Shown here: positions 1 through 7,960 of the stretch, piece by piece
Numbering within the stretch: position 1 is the first letter of the stretch
Layout: each line of letters starts with the position of its first letter
DNA from: Oscillospiraceae bacterium
Lineage (GTDB): Bacteria; Bacillota; Clostridia; Oscillospirales; CAG-272
Assembly (NCBI GenBank): GCA_022009675.1
Contig: CP091718.1
Coordinates: forward strand, 1,373,520-1,437,519
Direction: 5' to 3'
DNA: 64,000 nt
The notes under the pieces: generated by a model
Databases searched by the model: none
Told to the model about the DNA's origin: nothing
What the model saw: the letters and a program-made list of their open reading frames with translations, nothing else
Program-made: the position numbers and the translations under genes

Positions 1-1
1 C

Positions 2-1870
2 CGCCGCTATTCCGACCTCGCCCTGCGCGAGGCGGCAGAGTGTACCGACTCGGTGCGCAAGGCAGAGCTGCTCAAGATTGCGGATGCCTGCGACCACGTC
101 CCTGCCCATCCGGCGCGTGATTTCCACGAGGCGTGCCAGGCGTTCTGGTTTGTCCAGCAGCTGTTGCAGCTGGAGTCCAGCGGGCACTCCATTTCGCCCG
201 GACGCTTCGATCAGTATATGTACCCCCTGTTCCGGCAGGGGATGGACGATGGCTCCCTGACGCTGGAAAAGGCGCAGGAACTGCTGGATTGCATCTGGGT
301 CAAGCTGAATGACCTGAATAAGGTGCGCGATGCTGCCTCCGCCGAGGGTTTTGCAGGCTACGGTCTGTTCCAGAACCTGATTGTCGGCGGACAGGACGAG
401 CAGGGCATGGATGTCACCAACGAGCTGTCCTATATGTGCCTGGAGGCTCAGCTGCACGTGCGGCTGCCCCAGCCGTCGCTGTCTATCCGTGTATGGAATC
501 TGACGCCGCACGCCCTGCTGATCAAGGCGGCATCGGTCACCCGCGAGGGTCTGGGTGTTCCCGCTTTCTACAACGACGAGGTTATCATTCCGTCCATGAT
601 GTCCCGCGGCTACACGCTGGAGGACGCACGGAATTACTGCATCATCGGTTGCGTGGAGCCGCAGGCGTGTGCAAAGACAGACGGCTGGCATGATGCCGCC
701 TTCTTCAACATGCTGCGCCCCCTGGAGCTGGTTTTCTCCAACGGCGTGGATAAGGGCGAGCAGATCGGTCCCCGCACCGGCGACGTTCTGAAAATGACTT
801 CCTTTGAGGAATTCTATAAGGCATACACCACGCAGGAGTCTGCGCTCATCGAGATGATGGTGCAGGCGGACAATGCGGTGGATGTGGCGCACGCGGTGCG
901 TTGCCCGCTGCCCTTTGAGTCCTGCCTGATCGACGACTGCATCAGTCGCGGTAAGAGCGTGCAGGAGGGCGGCGCGCACTACAACTTCACCGGACCGCAG
1001 GGCTTCGGTATCGCCAATGTGGCGGACTCGCTGGCTGTCGTGCGGGAGCTGGTCTTTGAGAAGAAGCTGGTCTCCATGGCAGAGCTGAAGCAGGCGCTGG
1101 CGGATAACTTCGGCAAGGGATATACCCCCAAGAAGGCAGGCGAGCTGACGGCAGCCGCCGCCACGCAGATGGACAAGCAGGGCGTGGATGTCAACGAGGA
1201 CATTATCCGGCGCCTGTACAACGGGTTCCGAACCAACAGTGCGGTGTCCGCCGAAAAGAAGGCACGCTACGAGGAGATCCTCAAGCTGATCGAGGGTGTG
1301 CCGAAGTACGGCAATGACCTGCCGGAGGTGGATATGTTCGCCCGGGAGATCGGACAGACCTATACCAAGCCTTTGCTGGCGCACACCAATCCGCGCGGCG
1401 GTATGTTCCATGCCGGGCTGTACCCGGTGTCCGCCAACGTGCCGCTGGGCTATGACACCGGCGCCTCGCCGGACGGCAGACTGGCAAATACGCCGATCGC
1501 CGACGGAGTCGGTCCTATGGCGGGACGCGACACGCACGGTCCCACAGCGACCGCCAACTCGGTGTCGCGCCTTGATTTGGGCGATGCCTCCAACGGCACC
1601 CTGCTGAATCAGAAATTCCATCCCTCCGCACTTGCCGGCGAGGCGGGACTGGAGAAATTTGTCGCCTACCTGCGCGGCTTCTTTGACCGCAAGGGTATGC
1701 ACGTGCAGTACAATGTCGTCTCCCGCGAGACTCTGCTGGACGCGCAGGCGCATCCCGAAAACTATAAGACGCTGGTCGTGCGGGTCGCGGGGTATTCCGC
1801 CCTGTTCACCACGCTGTCCCGTTCGCTGCAGGACGATATCATCAACCGTACCGAGCAGGCGGGACTGTAA
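2..1870 (+). CDS. Glycyl radical enzyme, PFL2 / B12-independent diol-dehydratase-like; N-terminus lies upstream of the window
   Basis: The frame is open from base 2 to TAA 1868-1870 (track ORF 53..1870). It has the thiyl loop IIGCVEPQ and the C-terminal glycyl-radical fingerprint VRVAGYSALF. The cognate activase and a BMC shell gene follow. Confidence 0.9.
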   Translation, partial: RRYSDLALREAAECTDSVRKAELLKIADACDHVPAHPARDFHEACQAFWFVQQLLQLESSGHSISPGRFDQYMYPLFRQGMDDGSLTLEKAQELLDCIWVKLNDLNKVRDAASAEGFAGYGLFQNLIVGGQDEQGMDVTNELSYMCLEAQLHVRLPQPSLSIRVWNLTPHALLIKAASVTREGLGVPAFYNDEVIIPSMMSRGYTLEDARNYCIIGCVEPQACAKTDGWHDAAFFNMLRPLELVFSNGVDKGEQIGPRTGDVLKMTSFEEFYKAYTTQESALIEMMVQADNAVDVAHAVRCPLPFESCLIDDCISRGKSVQEGGAHYNFTGPQGFGIANVADSLAVVRELVFEKKLVSMAELKQALADNFGKGYTPKKAGELTAAAATQMDKQGVDVNEDIIRRLYNGFRTNSAVSAEKKARYEEILKLIEGVPKYGNDLPEVDMFAREIGQTYTKPLLAHTNPRGGMFHAGLYPVSANVPLGYDTGASPDGRLANTPIADGVGPMAGRDTHGPTATANSVSRLDLGDASNGTLLNQKFHPSALAGEAGLEKFVAYLRGFFDRKGMHVQYNVVSRETLLDAQAHPENYKTLVVRVAGYSALFTTLSRSLQDDIINRTEQAGL

Positions 1871-1894
1871 CCGCAAAGGGGAAAGGGCTCCGGT

Positions 1895-1921
1895 CGGGAG
1901 TCTGCCGCAGGCAGACTCCCG
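1895..1921 (+). other. Perfect 11-bp stem-loop between the GRE and activase genes; no U-tract, so more likely an mRNA processing/stability element than a terminator
   Basis: cgggagtctgc / cgcag / gcagactcccg, read directly from the sequence. Confidence 0.4.
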
Positions 1922-1949
1922 GAGGGGCTTCCCGCAACTATTCCGGCTT

Positions 1950-2762
1950 ATGAAGGAATTGGATCATGATGGAAAACGTATACGACCAGACCGGTCGGAT
2001 TTTTTTGATATACAGCGCTACTCCCTGCATGACGGTCCCGGTATCCGCACCATCGTTTTCTTCAAGGGATGTCATCTGCGCTGTCGCTGGTGCTGCAACC
2101 CGGAGTCGCAGGAGTACGGCATCCAGACCATGAACATGAACGGCACGACCAAAACGGTCGGGCGCGATGTGACGGTCCGGGAACTGATGAGCGACTTGGA
2201 AAAGGATCGCGTGTACTACGAGCGCTCCGGCGGCGGTATCACGCTGTCCGGCGGCGAATGTATGGCACAGCCGGATTTCGCCGAGGCACTCCTGATTGCG
2301 TGCCATCGGTACGGCTTGACGACTGCCATTGAAACGACGGCATTTGCCGATCGAGCCGTGGTGGAGCGCCTGATCCCGCACGTGGACTATGTGCTGATGG
2401 ATATCAAGCACATGGATCCCGACAAGCACCGGGCGTTTACGGGGCAATCCAACTAGCAGATACTGTCCAACGCCCGCTGGATAGCGGAGCACGCCGCCAG
2501 CCTGACTATCCGCGTGCCGACCATTCCCACCTTCAACGCTACAGAGGAGGAGATCACTGCCATCGCCCGCTTTGCGGCATCCCTGCCCGGCGTGCGTGCG
2601 CTGCATCTGCTCCCCTACCACCGTCTGGGGCAGGATAAGTACGCCGGCATCGGACGCGAATACACCCTTGCGTCGCTGACGCCGCCGACAAACGAGCAGA
2701 TGGCAGCGCTCAAAGCCGCCGCCGAGGCAGTTTCGCATCTGCACGTGCAGATCGGCGGCTGA
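1950..2762 (+). CDS. Glycyl-radical enzyme activating protein (radical SAM); frame interrupted by one in-frame TAG at 2454-2456
   Basis: Motifs DIQRYSLHDGPGIRT, CHLRCRWC (CX3CX2C cluster) and LLPYHRLG. ORFs 1632..2456 and 2514..2762 are in the same frame, and activase-like sequence continues across the TAG. An alternative ATG at 1966 (MMENVYDQTGRIF) would join the frame through the T7 run at 2000-2006. Confidence 0.85.
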
Positions 2763-2828
2763 ACAGACGGGGAACCGACGAAAAACAGAGCCGCCTGAAT
2801 ATGCGGCTTCCGACGGGAGGAATACTCT

Positions 2829-3197
2829 ATGCAGGATTTTGAACTCAAAGATAAGATGCGGATAGTCCAGGAGCTGGTGCCCGGTCGGCAGATTACGCTC
2901 CTGCATATCATCGCCAATCCGGATCCTATCCTGTATCAGAAACTGGGACTTGACCCCCGGCTGGATTACTCGCACTCCGCCATCGGGGTGCTGACCGTCA
3001 GCCCTGCCGAGACGGCTGTCATCACGGCGGATATCTCCATGAAGACAGCCAACGTGGAGCTGGGCTTTGTGGACCGTTTTTCCGGTACGCTGATACTCAC
3101 CGGACGTGTGGCGGAGGTGGAATCTGCCTTTCAGCATATCGCGGATTACTTCCGGGATAAGCTGCACTTCACGGTCTGCGAGCTGACCCGCACCTGA
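2829..3197 (+). CDS. BMC shell protein, circularly permuted BMC domain (EutS/PduU family)
   Basis: 122 aa. RIVQELVPGRQITLLHIIANP...GVLTVSPAETAVITADISMKTANVELGFVDRFSGTLILTG...FTVCELTRT matches my recollection of EutS/PduU. Confidence 0.85.
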   Translation: MQDFELKDKMRIVQELVPGRQITLLHIIANPDPILYQKLGLDPRLDYSHSAIGVLTVSPAETAVITADISMKTANVELGFVDRFSGTLILTGRVAEVESAFQHIADYFRDKLHFTVCELTRT

Positions 3198-3214
3198 CAG
3201 GAAGGCTGCCCGGC

Positions 3215-3727
3215 ATGAAGAAGCTGATTCTCATGGGGCGCGTGGCGGCTGGCAAGACTACCCTGACGCAGGCACTCAAGGGCGAGCAGCTGCACTACTG
3301 CAAGACCCAGTATATCAATTACTACGACACCATCATTGACACCCCCGGTGAGTATACCGAGGTTCATGCGCTGGGGGCGGCGCTTGCCGTCTACTCCTAT
3401 GAGGCGGACGTGGTCGGCATCGTCATCAGTGCGAACGAGCCGTTCTGCGTTTTTCCTCCCGGCTGTGCCGCCATGGTCAACCGGGACGTGATCGGCATTG
3501 TCACAGGAATCGACAAGCCGGATGCCAACGTGCCGCAGGCAACCCGCTGGCTGGAGCTGTGCGGGTGCCACCGGATATTCTACATCAGCTCCTACACCGG
3601 TCAGGGGCTGTCGGACATCATGGATTACCTCCGGGAGCCGGGAGACGCGCCGGCACAGCTGCAGACGGCATCCCCGGAGGACAGTGCATCCCGTAATACA
3701 CCGAAAGGACAGGAACGCCATGCGTGA
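3215..3727 (+). CDS. EutP/PduV-family small GTPase
   Basis: P-loop MGRVAAGKTTL, DTPGEY, and overall EutP/PduV layout. Lies directly downstream of the shell gene. Confidence 0.85.
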   Translation: MKKLILMGRVAAGKTTLTQALKGEQLHYCKTQYINYYDTIIDTPGEYTEVHALGAALAVYSYEADVVGIVISANEPFCVFPPGCAAMVNRDVIGIVTGIDKPDANVPQATRWLELCGCHRIFYISSYTGQGLSDIMDYLREPGDAPAQLQTASPEDSASRNTPKGQERHA

Positions 3728-4547
3728 CACGAGCAAGACCCCCGTACCAACCCCGACTACGGTTATCTGCTTCGCCAACAATAAAGGCGGAAGCGGCAAG
3801 TCCACGACCTGTTGCAACATCGGCTACAGTCTGGCGTCTGAGGGAAAGCGAGTTCTGCTGATCGACGGCGATATGCAGATGAATCTCACGCTGTCCTTGT
3901 TTGACGACGAGACCTCTCTGGAGTTTGCCCGCGGCGGGAACAACCTGTATACCGCCGTCAGGGAACAGCGCGACCTGACGCCGTACATACGCCAGACCCC
4001 CTACGAGGGGCTGGATCTGATTCCGTCCTCCACGCTGATGAGCGGCATTGAATTCGACCTGTTCACCAAATGGCAGAGGGAATTCATCCTCCGGCAGGGG
4101 CTGGAGAAAATCCGCAGCTCGGGTGAGTACGATTACATCCTGATTGATTCTCCCCCTACGTTGGGTTGCTGGGTCATGAATATTCTCTGCGCATCGGACT
4201 TTCTCATCGTGCCCGTGGAGGCGTCGCCGTGGGGGCTGTTCGGCCTTGCCAATATGTTTGAGTTCTGTGAGCAGGTCCGGAAAATATCCCCTTCGCTGAC
4301 CATCCTCGGCGTTGCCGTGACCAAGGTCAACGAACGCAAGAACTACTTCCGGCAGACGGTCGATGTGCTGACCGACATGGAGGAGGAGCGCGGCATCCAT
4401 CTGTTCCGCAACTACGTCCGGGTGGACAGCAGTGTGGAGCACGCGCAGGATGACAGCAAGCCCGTGATGGCGTACAAGCGCACCAGCCGGGCGGCTCTTG
4501 AATATCTGGCGTTAGCCAAGGAGGTAATGGAATATGCCCATCGGTAA
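3720..4547 (+). CDS. ParA/MinD-family ATPase (McdA-like candidate)
   Basis: Deviant Walker A NNKGGSGKST, plus LLIDGDMQ and DYILIDSPP. The ATG at 3720 overlaps the upstream stop at 3725-3727. Confidence 0.85.
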   Translation: MRDTSKTPVPTPTTVICFANNKGGSGKSTTCCNIGYSLASEGKRVLLIDGDMQMNLTLSLFDDETSLEFARGGNNLYTAVREQRDLTPYIRQTPYEGLDLIPSSTLMSGIEFDLFTKWQREFILRQGLEKIRSSGEYDYILIDSPPTLGCWVMNILCASDFLIVPVEASPWGLFGLANMFEFCEQVRKISPSLTILGVAVTKVNERKNYFRQTVDVLTDMEEERGIHLFRNYVRVDSSVEHAQDDSKPVMAYKRTSRAALEYLALAKEVMEYAHR

Positions 4548-4948
4548 AGACAGTATCCGGAAGCGCGTTATCGGTTCGGACTGCGCCGCCTGCGGCGAGT
4601 GTACGGACAAGGCGCCGCTGGCAGAGAAGACCACCGTGTCGGAGCGCGCTCCGCTGGCAGGCAAGGCACCCGCCGCCGGGAATGCGCCCGCCGGGCAGGC
4701 GCCCGTCCGCCGTTCGCCCGGCAGACCGCGCAAAAACGCCTCAGACACAGACCGCCGCGTCCGGCTCGGTTGTACCGGCGCAGTCGGCTCCGGCGCCGGC
4801 TCAGAAGCCCGCGTCCGCGCCTGCCGTCACGGAATCCGTGCTGACCAATGTTTCCCCCGAGGTGGTGGAAAAGGTGACCGGACACGCGGAAGGTGCGACC
4901 TCTGACCACGTGCAGATCACAGACAGAATGCCGGATTACCTGCTGTGA
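4534..4948 (+). CDS. Small basic/Pro-Ala-rich ParA-partner candidate; needs one frame change (about the A5 run 4732-4736)
   Basis: The ATG at 4534 lies inside the parA 3' end. The N-terminus is MPIGKDSIRKRVIGSDCAACGEC (frame of ORF 4534..4905). The C-terminus, ...APAQKPASAPAVTESVLTNVSPEVVEKVTGHAEGATSDHVQITDRMPDYLL, is in the frame of ORF 4682..4948 and stops just before the terminator. Confidence 0.4.
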
Positions 4949-6842
4949 ATCTCCGGCGGGAAAAAGGGTGTTAAAAAAACTCGTGCAGAGTTTTTTAACA
5001 CCTTTTTGCGCTTCCATGCCGTTACCGTATCGGCAGCCAGCTTTGCAAAACTGCCGCCGTCCCAACCGGAGCCGGCGGACATATAGTCCACCAATGTGAG
5101 CGTTTCGCCGCCCACCTGCAGGTGCGCGGTCAAAAGCCCCGGACGTTCCGGCAGCTCCACGCGCCAGTCCCCGATCCCGGCATCCGGAACCGGCGCAAGC
5201 GGATCGGCACAATCGCGGCTGTCGCGCGCCAGCAGAATGGGACCGTAGGTAAAGGCAACGAATCCGTCACCCGCGCGGTCACTGCCGTGCGGGGCGGCGT
5301 GCCGGATCGGGGAGTAGTCCAGCGAAATAATGAACTCATCCCCGTCGGACACGGTATCGGCTATGCGCAGGTAGGTGCCCGGCACGCCGGTCAGCATCCG
5401 TGTGGGATCGCCGCCCGGCAGGACGGCGAAATGCTCCGCATAGCCGGGTACGCGCAGATCCAGCGCAAGCGGCGTCCCGGCGGGCAGGTCGCCTGCTTCG
5501 ATTGTCAGCCGGGCGTACCCGACGCGCGGAAACTCGGACTGCATGGACAGCACCACCTGCCCGCCCGGAACCGGAACGCGGGCGCATCCCGTCATGTACA
5601 GGTTGACGGCAACGCCGTCCGGCGTGCCCGCAAAGGCGATATCAGGTGCCAACGCCAGCCCGGTCGGACCGTTGGCGGTACAGCAGGACAGGTCAAAGCC
5701 TTTGATGTTGAAGGAATAATTGACGCGCGGGTTCCGTGCTCCGTTGAAGCGCGGGAAGTATTCAAAGAAGGCGCCGTCCGGGCGGAGCGCACCGAAAATG
5801 GCGTTATACAGACTGACCTCCATGGCGTCCGCGTACCGGACTTCCCCCGTCAGCCGCAGGAGCTGGTGGCACAGCCGCATCCAGTACACCGTCACGCAGG
5901 TTTCCATCATCAAATCAATGGCAGGGTTGGTCTGCTCCAGACGGGTCCGATTCCACTGTTCCCCGGTTCCGGGACCGAGATTGAAGGGCGCATCCGCCCC
6001 GCCGGAGCCGAGCAGTGTGATCTCCTCCTCCCTGACCTTGTCCCAGAACAGCCTGACCGTTTCCAGGTCGCGCGCATCACCCGTCGCCCGGTAATACTCG
6101 CACAGACCTTCAAAGCAGGACATCATCTCGTATGCCTTTGCGATACTCTCGCGCGGATTCCCGTTGTCCCCGATCCGGTATGGCGATTTCCTGCCCGGAT
6201 TGCTTCAAAAATATTCTCGCGCCCGCAGCAGCCGCTCCGGACGATGTGCGTAGCCAGCTCCAGCGCCGCCGGTTCCCCGGTCGCGTGGTATACCCGCATG
6301 ACAGGTTCCAGGATGGAGGAGGATTCAATACCGCAGAATGCCCATCCCGTTTCGGTGATGGGTGTCCGGGGCGGGTCACCGACCTGCGCATTGGTGTAGC
6401 GCACCAGCCGGACGCAGGCATCCAGCGCCGCCGCGGAGCCGGACAGCTCATAGTAGGAGAGCAACCCCATCAGTGCATACTTGCGCTCCCACAGGTCGGA
6501 GCCGTGCGTGCCCTGTGGCTGGAGTGCATCCGGAACGGTGGATAGACATCCGTCCGGTCGCTGAATGCCCATCATGTCGGCGGCAGAATCGTCCACGATG
6601 CGCCGCAGGTCAGCATCGCCGGTGTAGGCGCACAGCATGCACGCGGCACGCATCAGCTTGCCCCAGAACTCGCCGGTGGCGAACTGGTCGGCGGTGTTGC
6701 GGAAATAATCCGCCAACGCCCGCATATCAATCCTTTTGAGCGTGCCCTCGCACACAAGGCGGATCTTGCTGTCCGCCGGACCGTCCAGCCGGACGCATCC
6801 TGCGCCGAGAGAAAACTGTCTGTCTGTGGAATGCCGGATCAT
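4936..6842 (-). CDS. GH127/DUF1680-family glycoside hydrolase (beta-L-arabinofuranosidase-like), split by frame breaks
   Basis: ORFs 6123..6842 and 4936..6126 join as ...IGDNGNPRESIAKAYEMMSCFEGL, with a break near 6165-6175. The E-x-C (METCVT) and CC (DLSCCTANG) motifs are typical of the GH127 Zn site. The natural end is probably ...WLPIR-TAA at 5022-5024, because the listed ORF reads through the terminator. Confidence 0.7.
4961..5007. terminator. Bidirectional rho-independent terminator between convergent genes
   Basis: aaaaagggtgttaaaaaaactc / gtgca / gagttttttaacaccttttt: a long stem flanked by an A-run and a T-run. Confidence 0.7.
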
Positions 6843-7810
6843 GGTTGTTCCTCCTGTCGTATTCCTTCTTTGAAATCGGGGGTGTAGAGTGCCTGTGCCG
6901 AGGCGCGCCCCTGCCGGTAGCCTGTGATGCCCAATCTGTCCGCCTCGTCCAGCACCGAGCGGTATTCAAAATCCGTCAGCCTCCGGCGGAGCGCCGGACG
7001 GATGCCCTGCCGCTCCAGCTCTGCCCGGGAGGTTTCCGGAAGCGCGAAGCCGGGATCGAGGAAATCCGGGGTGTACTGACTCATAACCGATACGCGGATA
7101 TCCCGCACGGGGAGCAGTCGGGCGATCCGCCCCAGTACGGCGCAGGAATCCCGCCGGCAGCCCGGCAGAACCAGATGCCGCACCAGGACTCCGCGCCGCA
7201 GCAGGGTACCATCCTCTGAGAACTGCACGCCGCCGACCTGTCGGTACATCTCGGCAAGTGCCGCTTCCGCCGTTTCCGGATAGTCCGGAGCGCCGGAAAG
7301 AGCTCCAGCCAGCGCGGGAGAGGCATACTTGAAGTCGGGCAGGTAGATGTCCACCAACCCGTCCAGCCTGCGCAGCGTCGCAGGGCGCTCGTAGCCGCCG
7401 CTGTTCCAGACGACCGGAATGTGCAGACGCGGCTTGACCTTTTCCAGAACACGCGCGAGAGGCTCGGTGTAGTGCGTCGGCGTGACCAGATTGATGTTGT
7501 GGACGCCGCTGTCCGCCAACGCCAGCAGGCGGTGGGCAAGTGCTTCCTCAGTCAGCGGAGTTCCCAGCCGCGTGCGGCTGATGTCCCGGTTCTGGCAGAA
7601 GACGCAACGCAGACTGCATCCGGTAAAAAACACGGTTCCGGAGCCGCACGTCCCGCTGATGGGCGGTTCCTCCCAGCGGTGCGGTGCGATGCGGGATACA
7701 TACAGTTCAGCCGGCATCCCACAGTAGCCGATCGCACCAGCCGCCCGCGGTACGCCGCAGTTGCGCGGGCACTGGTGGCAGCCGCCCGAAGGGCATTGCG
7801 CGTTGTCCAT
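6839..7810 (-). CDS. Radical SAM protein, PflX/COG1313-type (PFL-activase-related, function unknown)
   Basis: N-terminal Cys cluster CHQCPRNCGV, HRWEEPPISG, and FFTGCSLRCVFCQN (CX3CX2C). Its stop overlaps the GH127 start (ATGA). Confidence 0.85.
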   Translation of the reverse strand: MDNAQCPSGGCHQCPRNCGVPRAAGAIGYCGMPAELYVSRIAPHRWEEPPISGTCGSGTVFFTGCSLRCVFCQNRDISRTRLGTPLTEEALAHRLLALADSGVHNINLVTPTHYTEPLARVLEKVKPRLHIPVVWNSGGYERPATLRRLDGLVDIYLPDFKYASPALAGALSGAPDYPETAEAALAEMYRQVGGVQFSEDGTLLRRGVLVRHLVLPGCRRDSCAVLGRIARLLPVRDIRVSVMSQYTPDFLDPGFALPETSRAELERQGIRPALRRRLTDFEYRSVLDEADRLGITGYRQGRASAQALYTPDFKEGIRQEEQP

Positions 7811-7867
7811 GACGGTCTCCTTTCGAACTTTTACGACGCAGAAAGCGGTTTTACTGTGCCTTGTGCG

Positions 7868-7960
7868 TCAAAGTGCCGGCGCGGTTGTTGCATTGCAGGC
7901 ACCGGAGCACAGAGCCGTCAAAATACAAACCAGCAACAGTGCTGTGCGGAGTCGTTTCAT
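7868..7960 (-). CDS. 30-codon ORF with a signal-peptide-like sequence (MKRLRTALLLVCILTALCSGACNATTAPAL)
   Basis: Its ATG overlaps the TGA of the upstream CapD-like gene (ATGA at 7957-7960). Too short to appear in the ORF track. No homology judgement is possible. Confidence 0.25.
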   Translation of the reverse strand: MKRLRTALLLVCILTALCSGACNATTAPAL

